The position numbers and the translations under genes are program-made. The notes beneath the pieces are model-generated. The model saw only the letters and a list, made by a program, of their open reading frames with translations, did no database searches and was not told the origin of the DNA. Positions 1 to 8,092 of a DNA stretch of 64,000 nt are shown here, one piece after another. The DNA comes from Balanoglossus misakiensis (lineage: Eukaryota; Animalia; Hemichordata): contig CM082591.2 in the NCBI GenBank assembly GCA_040954595.2, forward strand, positions 11,859,309-11,923,308, written 5' to 3'. Every line of letters starts with the position of its first letter. Within the stretch, counting starts at the first letter, position 1.

Positions 1-158
1 TCTTGTTTTATCATGAAATCTGACAATATCACGAAATCTGACTGTGGGTGGCACGACAGAATAAAACTGGTTTTCGTCTCAACTTTTGTACATGTAGTGA
101 CACAATGAAAGAATGACAGAGAAACTGCTAACAGACAGATTATTATATATTTTTTTAC

Positions 159-261
159 CTTTTCATGTCACTTTTATAAAACACTGCATGGCAACAAATG
201 TGAACCATGAACAATTTGCAAGACAATGAACTAGAAGTTGAACGAGATTTGAAGACCTGCT
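159..261 (-). other. Unassigned exon-like cassette (103 nt)
   Basis: Bounded by ttacttccag|AGCAGG...AAAAG|gtaaaa, 25 nt downstream of an INTS1 donor. Not recognisable as INTS1. Confidence 0.4.
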
Positions 262-286
262 CTGGAAGTAATTGATTGACACTCAC

Positions 287-452
287 CCATGAGTAAGATT
301 CCGCATGGGGCTGTGTGGCTTTCTTCAAGTAATTGTAGAATATATGTAACATGGATGTCAGTGTACATAGTGTTGGTCTGGTCGGCACTGGTGTCTCTAC
401 ACAGCATGGAGCTGAGTATGGTGGGCCTTTCTACAATCAACTGAGCTAAATC
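287..452 (-). pseudogene. INTS1: INTS1 exon DLAQLIVERPTILSSML...(frameshift)...TSMLHIFYNYLKKATQPHAESYSW
   Basis: Bounded by ctag|GAT...TGG|gtgagt. Resembles the recalled metazoan INTS1 LxVERSTIM...YSW segment. It is 166 nt between phase-0 ends, so it is frameshifted. Confidence 0.85.
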
Positions 453-790
453 CTAGAATCAGAAAGGTAGCAGTGAAGTAAAATCAAATATGTTTGTCAA
501 AACAACAACAACAATAACAACACACATAATCATATTCAAATAAAAATCACTTGGTTCATGCTTAGAACTTTCTATAAACTTACTCTTTTTTTTTTGCACA
601 TACTCCAATGAAAATACTGTTTGATATATAGATCACAGACTTTTGCATTTTCAACTGTTTTTGTTCTAATACTATTTGTGTGTAGCCCTCACCCAGAACC
701 TGTATGTATGATTCACAATCATATGTCTTTATTTGTTTCTACCAGAGGTCTCCACGACTCATACTGGAAATACACAAATCATCATCTTAC

Positions 791-920
791 CAATGCAAGG
801 TCGGCCATTTCATGAAGCTGATTGGTCGAAGAATATTTGGAGAGGAACATGATGTACGCACTGATGGTGAGTGGCTCTGTTTCCATCTGGCAAGCCTTAG
901 GACTAACAGCACATCGCTCA
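791..920 (-). pseudogene. INTS1: INTS1 exon ...KACQMETEPLTISAYIMFLSKYSSTNQLHEMADLAL
   Basis: Bounded by acag|...TTG|gtaaga. Resembles INTS1 METDPQTISAYLIYLS...DLAL and splices in frame to the DLAQLIVER exon. An extra 5-bp deletion is present in units 2 and 3. Confidence 0.85.
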
Positions 921-1159
921 CTGTGTTAAACGGCACAAAAGTTACAATTTCTGTCAAACTCTGCACCTATTCTAGTTTCCCCCCAAAAAATTCACGAAAA
1001 TGGCAAGCTAGACTTCAGTGTTATATCGAAATTCTACATTAAATTAAGCACTAAGCCTCATATATTGGCAACTCATTCTCCACATGAGGCATTTTCAGAT
1101 CTTTACACGATTTTCTGTGTACAAAGATCAACCTGAAGAAGTATGATACAATTTCTCAC

Positions 1160-1411
1160 CTAGTTGAGTCTGTCCTTGGTTTGAGTAACCAATCGATACA
1201 TTTATGCAAAGTCTGCCAATTACTCTGGTGGCTCAACAGTGCCAGCAAATAAGCACTGCACGAACTTTGAACTTTGCCCTCTGTTCTGGGTTTGTGCGTC
1301 TTGACAAAGAGTAACTGGTGTTGCAGTTGAGGGCAACTTTGCACAATCTCAGGGTCCAGGAGCTCCAGCCAATCAATAAGCAGCCCTGCCGTTGACCAGC
1401 CTAATTCGCAT
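1160..1411 (-). pseudogene. INTS1: INTS1 exon CELGWSTAGLLIDWLELLDPEIVQSCPQLQHQLLF...AYLLALLSHQSNWQTLHKCIDWLL
   Basis: 252 nt, bounded by cacag|...AG|gtgag. Strong match to INTS1 GLLVDWLEMLDPEV..CPDLQ..LLF and YLLTLFTHQSSWPTLHQCI motifs (recalled from memory). Confidence 0.93.
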
Positions 1412-1603
1412 CTGTGACAATGTGTAATTAAAGAGAAATATACAGTCAGTGGAGTAAAGGGTATAACACAATCATACTGATGGAATTCTCACTACCTGAA
1501 ATAGGTTTTTGATACCTAGGTGAGTGATGAATAAAGGTCTAATGTCCTCTCTGATATAACATACTAGTGTATGGTAAATGTCTTTCAGAGATCTACACAT
1601 TAA

Positions 1604-1790
1604 AGGGACAAACTCTCTACAGTTAATTCATTTTGGGGAGATTTTTACTCTCATATCCTACAAACGGGATGGAAGTTGTGTGTGGTCGAACATTGATTCA
1701 CTATATATCCACATGTAGAATAACATAAATGGTGTCTTGTATCAAACATAATGTATGGAAAAAGGGCAGCGAGAGAGAGACTTTGTCCCT
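1604..1790. mobile_element. 187-bp MITE with TTAA TSD (Kolobok-like); present in every unit
   Basis: TTAA-AGGGACAAA(C)TCTCT ... AGAGAGACTTTGTCCCT-TTAA. Confidence 0.8.
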
Positions 1791-1961
1791 TTAAATATCA
1801 TAGCTGGCATACAGTTATAAATATGCATTTTTTGATTTATGTCTTGCAAGTACAAAACTGTTCTTTATTAAAAAGAAATACAGACAAGGTGATCCCAGGA
1901 ACATAAAACCCAAAACTCAAAGCTACCAGACAGATGAGTCTTGAGATAAACTTGGACTTAC

Positions 1962-2115
1962 TTGTCAATCAATCTGGACTGCTCTTGTAACAACAACTCA
2001 CTCAATGCTTCACTGGTGCTGGATGATTTTGTTGGCACTTGCATAGCAACAGATAAGGCTTTATTCAGAAACTCTTCTAGTTGGCTGGAATTGGCGCCTG
2101 TCAGCTGGTGATACA
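1962..2115 (-). pseudogene. INTS1: Probable INTS1 exon VYHQLTGANSSQLEEFLNKALSVAMQVPTKSSSTSEALSELLLQEQSRLIDK
   Basis: The AA|gtaagt donor is phase 2 and joins in frame to exon 1160-1411. The acceptor could be at 2115 or 2097. Assigned by colinearity. Confidence 0.6.
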
Positions 2116-2170
2116 CTGCATATGGTGCAAAGTCAAACAAAATTCACCCAATCATAAAATGTATCATTAA

Positions 2171-3280
2171 CAGTTATTGGGAAGTCAACGCGCCCTGCGC
2201 CATAGTCGCATTGAACTGAAAAGTGACGCATTGAAATTTGTTACTTTGCGCCCGAAGTGCGCATTGAAATTTGAGTCCGAAATACTTAGGAAAAAAATTT
2301 TTGTTTAGCATCCTCGCCTATGAGGCCATCAAGGCGTCCTATAAATAGCCTCATTTTATGGTGCCCATAGTAACACGTACAAATTGCAACAAGTAACGCA
2401 GCTCAGCATACCGATCGCAACAAGTTATCTAAACTTGACGAAAGATGTAGCAACTTTTGTTGGAGGTCATGCCATGCGTTCGAACGCGTCTGCAAAATAC
2501 TTGTACACAGGATAGCAGACAGCAGACACCCGTGATGTCGATTTTGAGAGGCCGTAGTGATGTCAAAAAGAAGCATAAAAGGAAGGCATCTCTTTTCAGC
2601 AGCAAGACTGTCGTTTCCATCATCAATTTGTGGATTTTATCAAGCATAAAATCTTCGCTTTTGCTCACTTTTGCTCGTCATGTTAAAGTTGTATGTCGCA
2701 TACATAGTCAAAGCATGCCTTGCATGCTATTGTGTTATCCAATCAAGTGAGAAAAATAGCAAACATTGTTTTCAAACTTGTTCCTGTACAGTCATTCTTC
2801 AATTAATGAGTATGGTTTTAGTATAACCCAGGCAAAATCTCCATTTTCTTGAAGCTAGACTACCTAAATCATTCATAATCCCTCATTATGTAAACAAGAC
2901 GTCAATTTTTAAATTTTCCTAGGAAGCTAAACAAAACATTTTTTTTTCCTTAAATAGTACATAATAGTGACAAAGCTGAGAAACAGCTTGCGAGACTCCT
3001 GCTGATTCGACTTGAAGGAAAAACATTTCACACCAATACCTTTGGAGACATTTGCATGGAAAGAAGAGACTGATAAACACATGTTATATAGACATGTAAA
3101 TGACAATATAAACAATTTTGAACTGATGATATTTTGCATCTAAATTTCATTCGATTTTTTGTCGATACTGTAGGGCTCATTACAAATTTTGAATGTCCCA
3201 TTGAAGTTCAAAATGGCCCATTCATTTTGGCTGGGATGGGGCCATTGGCACATTGGTGTTTTCAGACTTCCCAATCACTG
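2171..3280. mobile_element. 1110-bp non-autonomous TIR DNA transposon (hAT-like CAGT termini) with 6-bp TSD CATTAA; unit 1 only
   Basis: TIRs CAGTTATTGGGAAGTC / GACTTCCCAATCACTG match 15/16. CATTAA lies at 2165-2170 and 3281-3286. The empty site TATCATTAACATG is present in all other units. Subterminal GCATTGAA repeats. Confidence 0.93.
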
Positions 3281-3904
3281 CATTAACATGATCATACCAT
3301 AAAAAATGTGAATGAATTACAATTATAGCGTGCGCATATTGAATCATACGAAATCACACCAAATAACGCGAGACTTAGAAATAACATTACATGTGTATGG
3401 TGCCACTTAAACGACACCATTTATTCTTTTTGAGCCTAAATCATGTTTAACCACAACTAGACAACCACAATGACCTTGTGAGAATGAAACCCACCAATAA
3501 ATACATGTAGATAATCTGAAGCTATCACAGAAACAGAATGTCTTTGACAAAGTATTGCAAAGCCTTCAGTTGACCGCGAAAAAGTTGACGAAGCATGCAT
3601 GTGGAAAGTGGAGTGTTGACAACAATGTGAATATATGCACGATAGCTTGCTGCGCTCGCACTCAGGTCAAACCTGTTACATATTACCAAAAATGTGGATC
3701 TATATAATTAACATTGGGTCCGTTCCTTCTTATCCCACTCGTGTTTCTGTTTGTTTGGTGAGAATATCTAATAGGTTAGCCCCTTTCACTCCCAGTTCCT
3801 TCTTTAGAGGTCCAACCTTACCATAGAAAACGATGGGTTTGGACTGGAACATGGCGGTGAAAGGGTTCAGGTGCTTGAGGGAGTGTTAAAAATGTAGACT
3901 TTAC

Positions 3905-4071
3905 CTTTCTATAACATGTCTCTATCTACAGCCATCCGTCCCTCAGTGACGGCTTCAATGATTTCACTCACTTCATCCAAGTTGCCACCACTGGCTTTGA
4001 TGGGACTTTTCTCACTGCTCAGGGATTTCGCTGGAAGGAAGGACGTAAGACTGGAATTAAGGCATACGTCC
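3905..4071 (-). other. Unassigned exon-like cassette (DVCLNSSLTSFLPAKSLSSEKSPIKASGGNLDEVSEIIEAVTEGRMAVDRDML*)
   Basis: Bounded by tttatgtag|...AAG|gtaaag, with coding-like composition. Confidence 0.45.
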
Positions 4072-4328
4072 CTACATAAAGGGAGGACATTTGGACATGA
4101 TACCACAAATGGTTAATGGAGTTTCTGGGAAGGTTTTCAAATTCCAGGAATTTCCAGGAGTGTACGAATCCAGTTAAGAATTCTTTATGTCATGTGATCT
4201 GGCCATGTGACCTGCAGCATTGTCATTTCCAGGTGACGGCAAACAACATAGTGGCATCCAGTAAAAGTTTTCCACGTATGTAAGTACTTAAGAACCGCCA
4301 GACATGTAACATGTATCAGGTATAGTAC

Positions 4329-4397
4329 CTCATCAGCCTCATGGCATTTTGTCTGCACAGTCTTTGTCTGCACCACGTTGCTGAAGTTGCCTGTCAT
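4329..4397 (-). other. Unassigned exon-like cassette (MTGNFSNVVQTKTVQTKCHEADE)
   Basis: Bounded by ttttccag|ATG...GAG|gtacta, 69 nt, open frame. Confidence 0.4.
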
Positions 4398-4601
4398 CTG
4401 GAAAATTGAATGCCAACGTATTTGCGCTTGAGCGCGTCTGGCGTCTTTTGATATCAAAGAATAAATGCATTGTACAAACTTGAAAGTATGTAGAATTTTT
4501 CTATTTATCCTGTGTGATATAGTGAAAACGCTCAAGTTACAGTTTGTGTATGGTTTTGAGAATTATTTCACTGCTTGAGGTAAGTGAAATAAACAGCTCA
4601 C

Positions 4602-4734
4602 CTTGTTGTCTGTTGACTTTTTCATACTGGTTGAGAAGTTTTGTAAACACACTGTTTTCAGACTTTGATGAACTCAAAATTGCAGACACTAGCTGGACAA
4701 ATCTCATCATATCTTCCTTCTTTTCAAGATGTTT
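4602..4734 (-). pseudogene. INTS1: Probable INTS1 exon KHLEKKEDMMRFVQLVSAILSSSKSENSVFTKLLNQYEKVNRQQ
   Basis: Bounded by tttag|AAA...G|gtgagc. The phase-0 start follows exon 5372-5551, the frame is open, and the position is colinear. Confidence 0.65.
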
Positions 4735-4819
4735 CTAAATGATATAAAGGAGTGAGAATTGTGCATGATTATGTCAGTTTTGAACTTTCATGTCTGTTTT
4801 GGACTGAGAGCTGTTGAAT

Positions 4820-5040
4820 GAGAGAGAGAGAGGGAGAGAGAGATCGCGCTCGAACAATCAGGGGGTCACGCAGACGTAATCTTTTCATTGGCGTGATACT
4901 GATATCACCACGTAACTTGCAATTCCCAAGAGTGCGACTGTACGTACGTAAACTGTATCAAATTCAACTCATTCACGTCATATGAGAGGAGGTATACCGT
5001 GCGAATGCGAGCGCTGGGGGAACCGGGTACCGCCTACTTG
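4820..5040. promoter_or_regulatory. GA-microsatellite plus CpG-rich island with CRE/ATF-like ACGT cores and a CCAAT box; putative promoter or enhancer, present in every unit
   Basis: About 17 CpG in ~190 bp against a CpG-poor background. Motifs include TCACGTCA, CCACGTAA, GACGTAA, TACGTACGTA, ATTGG and a (GA)n tract. Confidence 0.4.
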
Positions 5041-5371
5041 AAATGGACCTCTTCCCTTAGTGAAGTCAAATAATCATAATTATCTATCATGTAAGAAGTC
5101 AAAAATGTAAGAGAATGTTTTAATAAATATGTCAACTTATTATTTATATTCCCCTGTATATATTCCCCTGTAAATGTCTCATAATTTGAGGAATAATATT
5201 TTGGAAGCTGAACGGAAGTTGCAACTCAAATCAAATTTCAACTTCTCCAATATATGGAATAACACTATAAGCCTACTGACTTGAGAAACTCAAATTGAAT
5301 TTCAAATTCTCGAACAAACGAAAATATGTTTGAATGTAAGTAATCTTACTATAAAATTGACATGCAATTAC

Positions 5372-5551
5372 CTGTCGTTGGTGAAGCAAACTGAACAATG
5401 GACATGACAAATGATGTTTTCTGTGTAGATTATAAATAAACTGACTCTCATCACTTGATGTTAGGATTTCTTGCATTGCCAGAATGATGTGATCACCAGA
5501 ATTCTCTGATGAATCAAACAATTTCAGCCTGGAGATTTCCCTGGACAGTGT
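5372..5551 (-). pseudogene. INTS1: INTS1 exon TLSREISRL...IILAMQEILTSSDESQFIYNLHRKHHLSCPLFSLLHQRQ
   Basis: 180 nt, bounded by acag|...CAG|gtaatt. Resembles INTS1 ALGQELAR...MHRSHFLACPLLRQL. Confidence 0.85.
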
Positions 5552-5677
5552 CTGTGTGAGAAATGATGGCAAAATATTAATATCATTTATTAGGAAACCT
5601 GGCCAGTCACTGAGAAATCTGTCGGCCTTTACAAAGTATAGTTCATAATCTTCTCATAAAATGATAAAGTTGCCGCA

Positions 5678-5864
5678 AAGGTATACAGTCACCTATAATT
5701 TACATACGCCCATATATGGCTGAAATGGCGTATTTGAGCGTTCTAAAGGACATATGGCGGCGCTCTTTTTTCGCGTGTGCCACCCACTGAAAATCTGTGA
5801 TTGGCTAGATCTCAAGTTTACCATGGTAACTGTAGTTAAATTACCATAGGTGACAATATACCTT
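5678..5864. mobile_element. ~187-bp MITE (Kolobok-like AGG terminus, TTAA on the right side); present in every unit
   Basis: AAGGTATACAGTCACCTAT versus ATAGGTGACAATATACCTT is a 17/19 inverted match. Internal GATTGGCT and GTTTACCATGGTAAC. Confidence 0.75.
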
Positions 5865-5926
5865 AACATATCATATTTCTTCTGGGAAGTGTAATTGTTT
5901 TAAGATCAAATATTACATGTACATAC

Positions 5927-5995
5927 CAATTGTATGCCTCTCAGATATTGTCTTTCCGTTGATGCACTCACTTTGTGCTCACCAATACTGAATAG
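5927..5995 (-). pseudogene. INTS1: Probable INTS1 exon LFSIGEHKVSASTERQYLRGIQL
   Basis: 69 nt, phase 0/0, bounded by tttacag|...|gtatgt. Bridges exons 6449-6576 and 5372-5551 in frame. Confidence 0.65.
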
Positions 5996-6308
5996 CTGTA
6001 AATATAATCAAAGGAGAAGAAATCACTCACTCATTAGCAATGATACTGCAAAAGTGGAAGTGACTGATTTTGAGTCTGAAGTTGGAAAAGAGTCCCAGTA
6101 CAGTGTAGAGAGGTTTCCAGATTAGGTAGATTTTGCTGTCCAACCATTTTCACACAACGGCCATAAAACTTAAAGAAGAACTATTAAATTACCCAGCCTG
6201 ATAAGTTTTGTGGTGTTTGGAAAGTCGTCCATGTCTGATGACACAAGATCAGCTTTTGATTGTAACATGAGACATGATCAGTTGTGTTTTGGTTCAAAAG
6301 AACATGAC

Positions 6309-6398
6309 CTGGTTTAAGAAGCCTTGCAACTTCAGGTGACTACAGAAGGAGCTATACTGTGCCCATTGGCCTTGATTTGACTGAGAAACCATGATTTA
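6309..6398 (-). other. Unassigned exon-like cassette (IMVSQSNQGQWAQYSSFCSHLKLQGFLNQ)
   Basis: Bounded by gcttttcag|...CAG|gtcatg, 90 nt. It sits inside an INTS1 intron whose flanking exons already join in frame without it. Confidence 0.4.
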
Positions 6399-6448
6399 CT
6401 GAAAAGCCACTTGGAAAAGGGTCCACTTTATTTCTAAACCAAACTTAC

Positions 6449-6576
6449 CTTCAGGAAGATCATCTTGGCTGACTCTTGACTATCTACAGTGACTTTTCTT
6501 GCATCCATCTTGGCTGCAACATCTTTCTTTTCATCCACCTGCATTGCCTCACTTTTCTCCTCTTTCTTTTCCTCAT
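6449..6576 (-). pseudogene. INTS1: Probable INTS1 exon DEEKKEEKSEAMQVDEKKDVAAKMDARKVTVDSQESAKMIFLK
   Basis: Bounded by tttgcag|...AAG|gtaagt with an open frame. A charged linker at the expected position. Confidence 0.65.
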
Positions 6577-6714
6577 CTGCAAATAAAAATTGTGTTATGT
6601 CCAGGAAATATTATTTACTTTATGAGAAGAAACTGGAATATCTAGCTTTGCAAATCAGTTAGTGAAATAAGAGAACGCAAACAATTAATTGTCATGAAAT
6701 AGTCACCTCTGTTA

Positions 6715-6760
6715 ATATCGCGAAAAATTTCCCATCACAAAAATTACCAAGATTACAGTA
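6715..6760. mobile_element. Right-end remnant of a related CGCGAAA...TTACAGTA MITE
   Basis: TCGCGAAAAATTTCCCATCACAAAAATTACCAAGATTACAGTA resembles the right end of the 7664-7798 element. No left TIR found. Confidence 0.35.
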
Positions 6761-6858
6761 ACCTAAAAATATAAAATCCTAATAATGTCCAAAGTTGAAG
6801 AATTCTATATGTATGACTTAACTTTTGAGACACTATTTCACAACACAAATACTAGTAC

Positions 6859-7017
6859 CTTTGTTCTCTTTATCCAGGAATGAATTTTTTTCCACCTTCT
6901 GCTCCTCTCATCTGTTGAACTTCCACTAACTGAGCCATGTATCCTTTGTCAACCACAGCCTGTTCCATACTGTACAGATCTTGTCTGCAGGCCATGTCGA
7001 GATGCTGCAGTAGTTTG
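6859..7017 (-). pseudogene. INTS1: INTS1 exon SKLLQHLDMACRQDLYSMEQAVVDKGYMAQLVEVQQMRGAEGGKKF, then frameshift to stop
   Basis: Matches INTS1 SKLLQFLDQA...DKNYMAHLVEVQHERGASGG. In-frame reading ends TTC ATT CCT GGA TAA, while FLDKENK sits in another frame. Confidence 0.93.
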
Positions 7018-7389
7018 CTGTGAAAAGAAACAGAAGTGTTACATGTGTATGTGTGTTACAGGGCCAGATCACGGCACATCATGACAAAATCTTTGTGAAT
7101 ATGGTGCTAGCATCATGTTTATAGCAGATCATGTGTATTCATACTTGTGGGCCAAATGACCTTAATATGTGGTTTGTTGTATGACTTAATTATAACACAC
7201 ACACCCAGTTTTTTTAATAGTCCTGCTTGAAAGATCACAGAGTGTCTTTGGCTACTGAAAAGCACCACCACAATGAGAGATAACTCACAACACCGAAGAG
7301 TAAATCTCTAAAGTTGTAATTTAAACCAAGTATGGAAATTGGGATGTACGGTAGCTTTGATGAGGAATAATTCTAGAGTTACAACATAC

Positions 7390-7462
7390 CTCATGCTGTT
7401 GACTGGTATACCAAAGGACTGCACAAACAAGACCAACTGAGCTGGTTCCAAGTCTTCCAGGG
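7390..7462 (-). pseudogene. INTS1: INTS1 exon ALEDLEPAQLVLFVQSFGIPVNSM
   Basis: 73 nt, bounded by tttcag|...AG|gtatgt. Near-identical to INTS1 ALQDLEPQQLLLFVQSFGIPVSSM. Confidence 0.95.
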
Positions 7463-7663
7463 CTGAAAAAAAATGACAAATTCAGGATGAAAACAACAAA
7501 AGTTTGGTGAGAAAAGATCCCAAGTTGAATTGACACACAGATTGGCAGATATTTCCACGAAATATCACATGTAAATGGTGCAACAACAGATTAACCGATC
7601 AGGCCATGACAAATACTGCACCTCTTCACAAAAACTGCTGGGTTGCAATTTATAGCATAAAAT

Positions 7664-7798
7664 TACTGTAAAACAGGAAATTTTTGTGATATCACAAGAG
7701 AGCTGACTATTCCATTGCTCACATTGTTTCTTTGCGACCATTTATTTTCACGTTTTTTGGCTCTCACGAAATTCGCAAAAATTTCCCCTTTTACAATA
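7664..7798. mobile_element. Degenerate MITE with TA ends (TACTGTAAAA...TTTTACAATA); present in every complete unit
   Basis: TACTGTAAAACAGGAAATTTTT versus AAAAATTTCCCCTTTTACAATA is an imperfect 22-bp inverted repeat. Confidence 0.6.
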
Positions 7799-8092
7799 GT
7801 ATGGTTGGATCTATACAATGTATACATTGAATGGGGATGAACACTGGACAGTGGAGCATTCTATATTAAAATTTGGGAAAACATTGAAGCCATATTAAGG
7901 TCATACTTGATTAAGCTGAAAGACGGCACAGAATAAATTTGAAATTCAATTGGCTACAAAAATTGACTTTTCTGCCATTCTGAGATCTCCATGCTGAGCT
8001 CAATTATGTTGCTGCTTCATATAGTGGTCAGCAATAAAAACTTACTACTGTTACAGTGGTTATACATGTAACTCTTATTAAATGTTTTTTTT

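Larger units (their letters stand above)
1..8092. repeat. Unit 1 (long type plus 1.1-kb transposon), 8092 bp
   Basis: The TCTTGTTTTATCATGAAATC anchor occurs at 1 and again at 8093. Confidence 0.95.

Noticed and set aside
921-1159. Helitron termini explaining gene capture and tandem amplification
   Set aside because: No GC-rich hairpin followed by CTRR and no Rep/helicase sequence seen. The mechanism remains possible but unsupported.
1524-1556. C/D box snoRNA (GTGATGA...CTGA)
   Set aside because: The boxes are only about 20 nt apart, there is no terminal stem, and it is antisense to the host exons.
4843-5040. HDV-like ribozyme (GCGAATG) or tRNA/SINE head (GTTCGAGC on the minus strand)
   Set aside because: I could not build the P1/P3/L3 nested pseudoknot, and found no A box or cloverleaf.
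6309-6398. Huntingtin-like KSWFLSQIKA peptide
   Set aside because: The similarity is too short, that frame hits a stop, and another frame is open for longer.
7596-7625. PTP-like QYLSWPD motif on the minus strand
   Set aside because: Only seven residues with weak splice context, which is consistent with chance.
1-8092. snRNA, 5S rRNA or histone gene array, suggested by the unit size and the Integrator link
   Set aside because: No recognisable U1/U2/U4/U5/U6, 5S or histone sequence. The ACTTACC matches are just minus-strand splice donors.
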